Source: Eledone cirrhosa (lineage: Eukaryota). Taken from it: 64,000 bases of DNA. The notes beneath the pieces are model-generated. The model did not search any database and was not told the DNA's origin. It worked only from the letters and a program-made list of their open reading frames with translations. The first letter of the stretch is position 1. Each line of letters begins with the position of its first letter. A program made the position numbers and the translations under genes. Of the stretch, positions 49,601-58,776 are shown one piece after another. The stretch covers positions 17,794,001-17,858,000 of the forward strand of contig OZ024754.1 of assembly GCA_964016885.1 (NCBI GenBank), in the 5' to 3' direction.

Positions 49601-49938
49601 TAACACACGTGGAGATGCCTACAAAATCAGAAAACAGCACAGCTCCCATGACTTTCGGAAACATTTTTTCATGCTTAGAGTTGCTGAAGCATGGAACAAA
49701 CTGCCTGCGTCAGTTGTTAGCTGCCGAGACACTGCATCCTTTAAAACCCTCACGCTTCTTGAAATTCGCCAAAACTACACCTGATGTCCCCCTTCCATAC
49801 ACATGCACACATGTGTATATCATGACTCTTGCACTGTTCATTTTCGTGACGTTTGTACATTACCCTATGTACTATACATACACTTTTGATGAGTTGTAGT
49901 GCACCTAAGCACTGTACACAATATTTTCATTATCATTA
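46243..49938 (+). mobile_element. CR1-clade LINE with a polyQ-containing ORF1, APE and internally deleted RT
   Basis: ORFs 46260-47663, 47656-48684 and 48830-49784 (SLNARNL, ETW, GDFN, SDH, GVPQGS, YADD). About 400 bp present in the 36-39 kb copy (~37330-37720) is missing at ~48858. 3' ATT-like tail. Confidence 0.92.
46489..46720 (+). repeat. (CAA/CAG)n polyglutamine-type repeat in CR1 ORF1
   Basis: Mixed CAA/CAG triplets; one CAA-to-TAA change at 46707. Confidence 0.93.
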
Positions 49939-50948
49939 TGGTGTGACACACCTGTTTTGTATATCTGTACAAAACGAGGGTAACACCCAAGGTAATTCCA
50001 AACTACCAACGAGAGACTACAACGAGACTCCATACACACAGTTCTCGAAACAACTTCAGTTCTTATAGAGTTTCACCTAGTCCACTTTTAGTTACAACGG
50101 CGTATTCAGGATTCCCCCCCCCCCCCCCCCCCCCCAATATCTCATCCAAGTAAATATATCTGCAGTGAAATCATGCTTTGTTGAGAAACTCTTGTATTGT
50201 ATTGACAAATTTACCAAACATGGTATATCATGGTATAATGTCACTCTAGGCTATAAAAGCCAAACAAAACAACAAATGTTCTCTTTTTAGTTCCTGCTCT
50301 ACCACAACAATGGTCACCTACTGACTCCTAGCTTTCTCTGACCAGTTCCAGCCAATGAGGCAGACAACTGTATCTTACAGCCTATCACAGTTTTATTCCC
50401 TTACTCCTTCACATTTTCTTTATACACACCTTTAGCCTGTCTCCCTGTTTTATGTTTACAGGCTCAGTACACATGACAATTCACAGTTTATTCTGTACAC
50501 CTCTTCATATAACATCTCCACATAGGTATCCTGTAGTTTACAAACTTTTCTTATTTCCCCCTCATTATAATTATATTTCTGTAACACAAACACATTCTAG
50601 TTCATTATATTGCTGAGTACACATATTTACAATAAGCTACCAAGTTCCATTACCAAAGCATTAGTCAACCCGAGGCTCAAGTGTTGTTACCCAAGTATCT
50701 GTGCAGTAGAAATGAACCTGAAACTGTATGGCTGCAAAGCAAACATAACTATCCAACCATGCCTGTATTCATCAGCTCAAGAATGAAGAGGGATGTAACC
50801 AAATACCACAATGTATTTTGTCTGATACTCTACCAATTCTACCAACCACCAGCGATCTACTTCAAATAGAGATAGTTACTAGCTATTGTATATTTTTCAA
50901 GAGATGGGGGTAAAATATAATATATATAAACACTAAACCTCTACTCAC

Positions 50949-50984
50949 CCACTGGATCAATGTATCCTTCTTGCTTGGATCCAT
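50949..50984 (-). CDS. NUMA1: NuMA-like host gene, first coding exon (MDPSKKDTLIQW)
   Basis: NAGNAG acceptor (ttctccagcag) just upstream of the ATG; strong gtgagt donor at phase 0. L..W resembles NuMA AALLSW. Confidence 0.8.
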
Positions 50985-51134
50985 TGAATCTGCTGGAGAA
51001 ATTAACAAAATTCACAAGAATATTTATCAACAGAAGTAAAACATTTGACATTTTAATGAGATTAGACAGGTCAGATAACCATATCTGGCTCATATGATCC
51101 ATTTTAGCACAGTTTCTACACCTAGATGCCCCTC

Positions 51135-51580
51135 TTAATGCCAACACTTTACAGTGTACACTTAATGCCAACACTTTACAGTGGGTACATTTTAATGAAG
51201 CTCCACACTTTACAGTGTACACTGGGTACATTTTAATAGGGCACCAACACTTTACAGTGTACACTGGGTACATTTTAATAGGGCACCAACACTTTACAGT
51301 GTACACTGGGTGTATTTTAATAGGGCACCAACACTTTACAGTGTACACTGGGTATATTTTAATAGGGCACCAACACTTTACAGTGTACACTGGGTACATT
51401 TTAATAGGGCACCAACACTTTACAGTGTACACTGGGTACATTTTAATAGGGCACCAACACTTTACAGTGTACACTGGGTACATTTTAATAGGGCACCAAC
51501 ACTTTACAGTGTACACTGGGTGTATTTTAATAGGGCACCAACACTTTACAGTGTACACTGGGTACATTTTAATGAAGCAC
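51135..51580. repeat. 42-bp minisatellite (GGGCACCAACACTTTACAGTGTACACTGGGTACATTTTAATA)
   Basis: About 10 tandem copies; contains the palindrome CAGTGTACACTG. Confidence 0.93.
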
Positions 51581-52023
51581 AAACACCCAGAATTATGTGG
51601 GTGCAAGATGAACTCATTAACCACAGAGCCATACCTGCACCCCTCACTCTATCATACAAACCACAGATCCATACCAGTGTGGGTATGGTGTGGCGTGCGG
51701 TGGCCGGAGGTGGGGGGAGTGCTCGACCAGAAGGGGTTTTTGAGTGCTCGACCGGAAGGGGTCTTTAACCGGAAGGATGCTCGACCGGAAGGGCCAGGAG
51801 AGGGCCTCTCTCTAGTGGTGACCAGCATACGGTGTGGACACGTTTTTGGGCAGCTCCCGGTGTTAAGCAGTCGGACGCACGTGGAAGAGGAGTACCTGCA
51901 GTGGAATTTAGCGGTGCCTGTGAAAAGCGGTAAGTGAGATAGCTTTTTCTAACCACAAGCTATTTCGGCGACTGAAAAAAAAAAAAAGAAAAAGAAAACA
52001 CTTGCCGCAAAACAAATCAGAAG

Positions 52024-52785
52024 ATGGCGACAAGACTACGGATGAACGAAGCTATCAGGCCATTCACCGGGGAAGGTGATGTTGTCGCTTGGCTGCGGAA
52101 GGTTCGGCTGGTCGCAGGCTTGCAGAAGATAGAAGACGTGGCCGGTCTCATTGCATTGTACCTCGAGGGCAACGCGTTGGTACTCTTCCTTGAGTTGGAC
52201 GAGCACAGCCAAGGAGATGTGCAGAAGATTGAGAGGTGTCTGATGGATGCATTCACCGAGGGACCGTTGGCGGCTTTTGCTAAGCTGGCGAGAATCAGGT
52301 GGAATGGTGAGCGCGTCGACATTTTCGCAGCGGAAATAAGGCGGTTGGCTATGTTGGCCGGTTACCAGGCGGAATGCGAACGCACGGTGCGGTTGGCATT
52401 CATCAATGGATTTCCGGATGACATAGCGGTGAAACTGCAGCAAGTCCCGGGGTACAAGGAGATGGAAATGCGTTCACTGGTGGAACAAGCCCGGATCATA
52501 GCGGAAGATGCCAAAAAGAGTGTCGCGGCGATAGAAACTACGGAGGCTCAGGACACCTGGCAGCGAAATGGTCAAAGGGAGGCAACCTCGGCACGCGGCC
52601 GTTCGCGAGAATTTAGGGGCCGCTGTTTTAGGTGTCACGGCCCGCATATGGCTAGAGACTGTAGAGAGTCGAAGCCGGATATAATTTGCTACCGGTGTAA
52701 GCGACCAGGCCACATCGCTACTAACTGCGACCAGGGAAACGATCCAAGGGGAACTACTGCGCCGGTAGTTGCCCCTTACGAGTAG
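52024..52785 (+). CDS. gag of copy B
   Basis: 253 aa with two CCHC knuckles. Confidence 0.92.
   Translation: MATRLRMNEAIRPFTGEGDVVAWLRKVRLVAGLQKIEDVAGLIALYLEGNALVLFLELDEHSQGDVQKIERCLMDAFTEGPLAAFAKLARIRWNGERVDIFAAEIRRLAMLAGYQAECERTVRLAFINGFPDDIAVKLQQVPGYKEMEMRSLVEQARIIAEDAKKSVAAIETTEAQDTWQRNGQREATSARGRSREFRGRCFRCHGPHMARDCRESKPDIICYRCKRPGHIATNCDQGNDPRGTTAPVVAPYE
52734..52777 (+). promoter_or_regulatory. Putative -1 programmed ribosomal frameshift signal
   Basis: G GGA AAC, a 5-nt spacer, then hairpin AAGGGGAACTAC...GTAGTTGCCCCTT; identical in copy A at 41636. Confidence 0.8.
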
Positions 52786-55571
52786 CGGTGCTGCCCGTGG
52801 TGGAAGTCTTCGTGAGGGGGAAGCCACAGCGAGCCCTCGTGGATACGGGCTGTACGACGACACTGGTGACCGCGGGGGTGGCGCAGAGGTGGGTAGGGAA
52901 GAGCAGCGTAAGGGCGGTCGACGGCAGGAAAATTGAATGCCGAGGTCGCAGCGAGATGGAAATAGCGGTACGGGGAAGGACGATAAGGCTTTCTGCCATC
53001 GTAGTAGACAGTGTGGTGGATGGGATCGGCATGGTTATGGGCATGGACGCGATTGGCCGTCTAGGGAGCGTCACGGTGAACAATGTCGGTGTGTCGTTTG
53101 GCGCCGCTGCATCGGTATGCGCTGTGAGTGCACGTCATGAGAACCAGAAGGCCCACGAGGAGCAATACCCCGCTTACACTGTACAGGACAAGGACTTCAA
53201 GGCCGTGTTTGATGGGCAGCGATGGGTTGTTGAGTGGTACTGGAAGGGAGAACCACCAACACTGAAGACCAAAGTGGGCTGCTATCAACACACATTGAAG
53301 GGAAACGCTAGGGAAACGAGATGGATCGAAGAGGGCATACTGCTTCCCTGGAAGGAAGAGGTGAAGTGCGGAGTATTGCCGTTGATGGCGGTGGTGCAAC
53401 CCACGAAGAGCAAGGTGAGGCTGGTGCTGGACTATCAAGAGCTGAACGAGCACGTGTCATGCCGCACGGGTGGCGAGGTCACAGATGTCTGTGGGGAAAC
53501 CCTGCATGAGTGGAGACGCATGACGGGGGGTTCAGCGATCGTGGATCTAAAGTCGGCTTACTTGCAGTTGCATATAAATGAGAAGCTCTGGTGGTATCAG
53601 CTGGTCAGATATAAGGGCCGGACATATTGCCTGACCAGGCTCGGTTTCGGGCTGAGCTCCGCACCGAAGATCATGGCGGCGGTCCTCAAGACCGCTCTGG
53701 GGAGGGCCGACAAGATAAAGAGGGCTACTAACTCCTACATTGATGACATCCTAGTGGACGAGTCGGTGGTGTCGACGGCGGAGGTCACGAGCCATTTGCG
53801 GAGGTATGGACTGACTGCGAAGCCATCAGAAGCATTGGAGGGAGGAGCCGCGCTGGGACTTAGGCTACGGCGAGATAAGACGGGCGTTTTGGTGTTCCAG
53901 AGGGAAAACGAAGTTCCGGAACTGGGCCCAAGTATGAATAGGCGGGAGCTTTTCTCGGTGTGTGGAAAGCTGGTGGGTCACTACCCGATCGCTGGGTGGC
54001 TCCGGACGGCATGCAGCTATGTCAAGAGACGAGCAGGAGGGGTGACTTGGAGTGACAGAGTGGGAGAGAGAACGGTGGCCATGATGCAGGAGATCGTGGG
54101 GAGGGTGAAGGCCGACGACCCAGTGCGGGGACGCTGGTACGTTCCCAAATCACGGAGCGGGACCGTATGGTGCGATGTCACGTTGGAGATAGGAGGTGTT
54201 GAGGTCGAGGATGCAGCCTGGCTTAGAAAGGAGGACGACTGCAGCCACATCAATGTGGCCGAGCTGGACGCGATGTTGAGAGGGGTGAACCTCGCCCTGC
54301 GGTGGGGGCTGCGCACCATCGAGATACGCACCGACTCGGCTACCGTACTCGGATGGGTAAGATCAGTGCTCACCAGTGAGAAGAGAGTGCGAACGAGAGG
54401 GGCGGCGGAGATGCTGATAAAGCGCCGCCTGGGAACTTTAGGAGAGCTGGCCACCGAGTTCGACCTGAAGCTGAGCGTAGTGTTCGTGCCCTCAGAGAAA
54501 AATAGGGCGGACATCTTAACTAGAGTGAAGAAAGCCTGGATGGAAGCGCCGGAGGAGGTAGAGGATGAGATAGCTGCCGTGTGTCGGCTGACCGAGTTAG
54601 ACCTGAAGGGGTTGCATGACATGCACCACATGGCGGTGGATAGGAGCCTGTTCCTAGCCAGGAGAATCGACTCGGACGTTAGCAGACACAGTGTTCGGGG
54701 GGTGGTTAGAGGCTGCGTCCGATGTCAGTCCATTGATCCCGCCCCGGGTGTACACGAAACGGGAAGCCTCCCGGTGGATCGCGACTGGAAGCGATTAGCG
54801 GTGGTTGTGACGTACTACCGGCAGGGAACGTACCTCTCGATGGTCGACTGTGGACCAGGTCGAATGGCGATATGGAGGGAGATGAAGACTGGAACGGCCG
54901 AGGAAATCGTGCGGACGTTGAGAGAGGTGTTCTTGGAGCGGGGCCCTGAGGATGAACTGCTGATGGACAACAGCGCAGCGTTCCGCTCGGAGGCACTGAG
55001 GGAGATGCTCGATGGATGGAAGGTGGACCGTTTCTTCAGAGCGGCGCACAGGCCGAGCAGGAATGGAATCGTGGAGCGACACCACCGGACGATCAAGGCA
55101 ATGGCGGAGCGGGGCCATATCTCACCAATGGAGGCAGTGTTCTGGTACAATATGTCCCCTCGGGTTGGACAGGTCGAGGAATCGGTGCCACATAGAGCAG
55201 TATTCAAATACGAGTGGCGGCACCCGTGCACGCCACCACAACGGCCAGTGGGGAGAGAGAGTGCATTCGTGCAGGTGGGCGAAGAAGTCTGGGTTAAGCC
55301 CCCAGATGCACGTTTCACATCTCAATGGGGAAGGGGAACGGTGACGGCCGTAAATTCAAAGAACAATGTGTCCGTGGACGGGGTACCACGTCATGTCCTG
55401 GATGTAAGAAGAATCACTGTGTCGACGGACTCCGAGGAAGAGGAAACCCAAGATGAGGTGGAAACCCAGAGCCCTGCCCCAATACTACGAAGATCGCAAC
55501 GAAGTCGTAGACCACCGACCTGGACGGCAGACTATCATATGCAGAGGGACGAGGGGGAAATTGATCCTTGA
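52734..55571 (+). CDS. pol of copy B (PR-RT-RNase H-IN), in the -1 frame relative to gag
   Basis: LVDTG, DLKSAY, YIDD, AELDA, TDS, HHCC and VERHHRTIK motifs; the frame is open from the GGGAAAC slippery site. Confidence 0.92.
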   Translation, partial: GKRSKGNYCAGSCPLRVAVLPVVEVFVRGKPQRALVDTGCTTTLVTAGVAQRWVGKSSVRAVDGRKIECRGRSEMEIAVRGRTIRLSAIVVDSVVDGIGMVMGMDAIGRLGSVTVNNVGVSFGAAASVCAVSARHENQKAHEEQYPAYTVQDKDFKAVFDGQRWVVEWYWKGEPPTLKTKVGCYQHTLKGNARETRWIEEGILLPWKEEVKCGVLPLMAVVQPTKSKVRLVLDYQELNEHVSCRTGGEVTDVCGETLHEWRRMTGGSAIVDLKSAYLQLHINEKLWWYQLVRYKGRTYCLTRLGFGLSSAPKIMAAVLKTALGRADKIKRATNSYIDDILVDESVVSTAEVTSHLRRYGLTAKPSEALEGGAALGLRLRRDKTGVLVFQRENEVPELGPSMNRRELFSVCGKLVGHYPIAGWLRTACSYVKRRAGGVTWSDRVGERTVAMMQEIVGRVKADDPVRGRWYVPKSRSGTVWCDVTLEIGGVEVEDAAWLRKEDDCSHINVAELDAMLRGVNLALRWGLRTIEIRTDSATVLGWVRSVLTSEKRVRTRGAAEMLIKRRLGTLGELATEFDLKLSVVFVPSEKNRADILTRVKKAWMEAPEEVEDEIAAVCRLTELDLKGLHDMHHMAVDRSLFLARRIDSDVSRHSVRGVVRGCVRCQSIDPAPGVHETGSLPVDRDWKRLAVVVTYYRQGTYLSMVDCGPGRMAIWREMKTGTAEEIVRTLREVFLERGPEDELLMDNSAAFRSEALREMLDGWKVDRFFRAAHRPSRNGIVERHHRTIKAMAERGHISPMEAVFWYNMSPRVGQVEESVPHRAVFKYEWRHPCTPPQRPVGRESAFVQVGEEVWVKPPDARFTSQWGRGTVTAVNSKNNVSVDGVPRHVLDVRRITVSTDSEEEETQDEVETQSPAPILRRSQRSRRPPTWTADYHMQRDEGEIDP

Positions 55572-56712
55572 GATCAGGGGGGCGTGTGGGTATGGTGTGG
55601 CGTGCGGTGGCTGGAGGCGGGGGGGGGGGAGTGCTCGACCGGAAGGATGCTCGACCGGAAGGGCCAGGAGAGGGCCTCTCTCTAGTGGTGACCAGCATAC
55701 GGTGTGGACACGTTTTTGGGCAGCTCCCGGTGTTAAGCAGTCGGACGCACGTGGAAGAGGAGTACCTGCAGTGGAATTTAGCGGCGCCTGTGAAAAGCGG
55801 TAAGTGAGATAGCTTTTTCTAACCACAACCAGCACCCCTCTCTCTATCATACAAACGACATAATACTACAGCTATGGCCTGGTAACATCAATCAATCTCA
55901 TACCAGAAGGTTTGGGAGTTCGTACCACCATGGAACAGAAAACATCGGGCCTTGAAGAGAATGAGTTCTATCAGGGGTATATTGTCAGGCCTACCTGGCT
56001 TACCATGCTAGCACAATGCACATCGTTCTGCGAGTGTCATACACTTCACTATATTTTTTTTAGTCCATATTTCTTAGTGACATATTCAATTACCTGATAT
56101 TTTGTGATTTTATTCTTCTTGGTTATTCTTAAATGTTCATATCCACATGCAATAATGAAAGTTGTTAAAGAACGGAGCTCGTTTCATTAATGTCAGCTGT
56201 TCATTTTCATAATCAAAATATTAACTATTTTGATTATAGTTTCAATATCCTTCTATATATAAGATCAGTTCAGTCGGTCAGTATTCTCCAGTTGAATTTG
56301 AAGACAGCTTTTATACTAAACCAAATTCCAAACGATACTTTGTTTTTAGGGGGTGGTTTAAGGACGTAAACTGCACAATCAGCTGATTTTCAACATGGAC
56401 ATAGATTTAATGTGTAAGAAAGGTCGATTCTAACGAGTACAGTATTTGACTTGTACTTATTTTATCGATCAGCGAAGTAATAAAGTCACTTTTGGTTGAA
56501 TCACGAGTACGAAAGACTTGAACGAAATGAAAATGTTAACCCGACGAATTCAATTTATCGTCACACAAGTTACTTTTTTTTTAACAAAAGGACATTATAA
56601 ATAAAATATATATAAAATGAGGGAGGAGAGAATTTTCTTTTTACAATTGCTGTACTGCATACGTTCTAGTGACTATTTTATTTGTATAATTTAATACTAT
56701 TTGATAATATAT

Positions 56713-56850
56713 AAATAATTATTTCTACTATAAGCATAAGGCCATCAACTTTGGGGACGGGGAAAGTTGATTAAATCGACTCCAATGCGTGACTGGTACT
56801 TTATTTTATCGACCCCGTAAGGATGAAAGGCAAAGCTAACCTCTGGGTTT
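56713..56850 (-). mobile_element. SINE 3' fragment
   Basis: GACTGGTACTTTATTTTATCGACCCCGTAAGGATGAAAGGCAAAG core. Confidence 0.75.
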
Positions 56851-57302
56851 TGAATAATAAGAAATACCAATAAAATGGTCAGAGAAGCGTAAAGTGGACA
56901 TGAATAGATAAGCTTACTTTCTTTCTCTCTCTCTCTCTCCCTCTCTCTCTAAATCTGTCTGTCACCTGGCGAAACGAAACTACTTGGAAACTTCGAATAG
57001 TGACAGAAAGCCATTAAATATAAATATGAAGATATATAGAGAGAAATATATATATATATATATATCCTTTCGTTAAATAGTTAACTTGTATCCATTGATG
57101 AATTTCGTAAACTGAATTTGCCGGTTAAAAAACTCGTTTTGATTCTCCGTATTCAACATCCGGGTCTTTGTATTTGCATAATGAGCAAAGTTTATTTAAA
57201 TAAGTCAGCGTTTACGTGGCTGGCTGTTTCTCACGTGTAAAGCCGCCAGGTAACACAACAAACTTCTTATTGTAGCAACATGACTGGCATTAGGAAACAC
57301 AT

Positions 57303-57333
<31 letters not shown>

Positions 57334-57429
57334 TGTGTGTGTATAACGAACATTAAAGATAAAATGAAAATTACATGGTGCGTGTGTTTATTGGCAACAT
57401 GACTTCTCCCAAATGCAACAATATATATT

Positions 57430-57630
57430 GAGCTGGCCAACCGCAGGTGTGAGCCTCGCTAGATGGAATGGCTCTTCCAGCGCATCTCCCTTAACATCTT
57501 CCGGGGAAACGCCTTCTCTATACCGGGGCCGTGGGGCGACCAGCACGTGGGACACCATTTGTTCATAATAGTGAGAGAGAGTTGGAGGCGATGACAGTGG
57601 AAGTTCGGCTCCTCTGTGTTAGGATCTGGT
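57430..57630 (+). mobile_element. 3' fragment of a CRE-clade (RLE) non-LTR element
   Basis: 57463-57522 translates MEWLFQRISLNIFRGNAFSI, matching the LFQR.S..I.RGN C-terminal motif of CRE elements. Confidence 0.6.
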
Positions 57631-57659
57631 GTACATGTATGTGTAGCATTATTATTTGT

Positions 57660-57975
57660 TTGGCAGTATCGGTAGAGCGTCAGACACCATGCTTTGCAGT
57701 ATAGAGTCATGTCCCTTTACGTTCTGAGTTCAAATCCTTAAAATAAAGCACCAGTAATACACTGGGATTATGCTGGCCTTGTGCCGAAAGTAGAAACATT
57801 ATTATGGTCGGACGCCATGCTTTGAGGTATAGAGTTACGGCCTTTGCCATTCTGAGTTCAAATCCTGCCGAGGTTAACTTTGCCTTTCATCATTACGGGG
57901 TCGATAAAATAAAATACCAGTAATGCACTGGGATAATTGCTGGCCTTGTGCCAAAAGTAGAAACAATTATTATTA
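57660..57975 (+). mobile_element. Tandem pair of tRNA-derived SINEs (first copy internally deleted)
   Basis: Two B-boxes (GAGTTCAAATCC) and two GGCCTTGTGCC..AAGTAGAAAC-ATT ends. Confidence 0.8.
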
Positions 57976-58125
57976 ATATATTATATTTAGTATATATATA
58001 TGTATTTTTTTAATTACATAATAAGCAACAAAATATAATTATTCCATTACCAAAGGTTTCAGGAAAGAGACAATCCTTACAGAATCGTCCAGCTCGTTCA
58101 TCAGAATATAAGATGTTGACCCCCT

Positions 58126-58182
<57 letters not shown>

Positions 58183-58210
58183 ATCAAAAGATGGTTAAAA
58201 GAGTTCCATG

Positions 58211-58281
58211 TATTTTATTATGCGCATTTCAAAAACAAATATCATCATGCAATAACATTTGTGTTTTCATCAGATAAAATA
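58211..58281 (-). ncRNA. Type I hammerhead ribozyme (family D), mirror copy
   Basis: Reverse complement of 58400-58470. Confidence 0.87.
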
Positions 58282-58399
58282 GGAAGACGTGATATGAAGG
58301 TTAAAAAACACTTGTGGATAGTGCAGTTTTAAATCAACATATGTTGATTTAAAACTGCACTATCCACAAGTGTTTTTTAACCTTCATATCATGTCTTCC

Positions 58400-58470
58400 T
58401 ATTTTATCTGATGAAAACACAAATGTTATTGCATGATGATATTTGTTTTTGAAATGCGCATAATAAAATA
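58400..58470 (+). ncRNA. Type I hammerhead ribozyme (family D)
   Basis: TATTTTAT-CTGATGA-long stem II (ACAAATGTTATT...GATGATATTTGT)-GAAA-TGCGCA-TA-ATAAAATA; palindromic ATGCGCAT stem III. Confidence 0.87.
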
Positions 58471-58593
58471 CATGGAACTCTTTTAACCATTTTTTAATCT
58501 TATATATTATGTATACTCCAGTCCTACAAACTGTAGAGTGCTTCTTATCCGATATCTGCATTGCTTTATTGTACTACAATAAAACTCACCTCC

Positions 58594-58669
<76 letters not shown>

Positions 58670-58709
58670 TTCAAAATATTAACAAAATAGAACTTCTTGT
58701 GATCAAGTA

Positions 58710-58776
58710 TATTTTATTATACATATTTCAGAGGTACTGAGTTAACTTCAACAGTACGTCCTCATCAGATAAAATA
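58710..58776 (-). ncRNA. Type I hammerhead ribozyme (family E, 3' pLTR)
   Basis: Reverse complement of 62609-62675. Confidence 0.83.

Larger units (their letters stand above)
51678..55827 (+). mobile_element. Ty3/Gypsy LTR retrotransposon, copy B (near intact)
   Basis: LTRs 51678-51957 and 55585-55827 (TG...CA); 5-bp TSD ACCAG; PPT-like AGGGGGG; open gag and pol. Confidence 0.97.
58181..58597. mobile_element. Palindromic HHR cassette (near-perfect ~320-bp palindrome plus a unique tail) between (TA)n tracts
   Basis: Symmetry centre at 58340/58341; HHRs at 58211-58281 (-) and 58400-58470 (+). Confidence 0.88.

Noticed and set aside
49940-50600. Possible solo LTR after the CR1 tail (also 30380-30800)
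   Set aside because: No partner LTR, PBS or TSD is demonstrable within the window.
50941-51937. 14-aa repeat ORFs of 227 and 240 aa
   Set aside because: Products of the 42-bp minisatellite; the real exon at 50949-50984 is in a different frame.
58040-58110. Additional minus-strand HHR (CTGATGA...GAAACCTTTGGTA)
   Set aside because: Core boxes are present but stems I and II do not pair convincingly; at best a decayed copy, so it was not counted.
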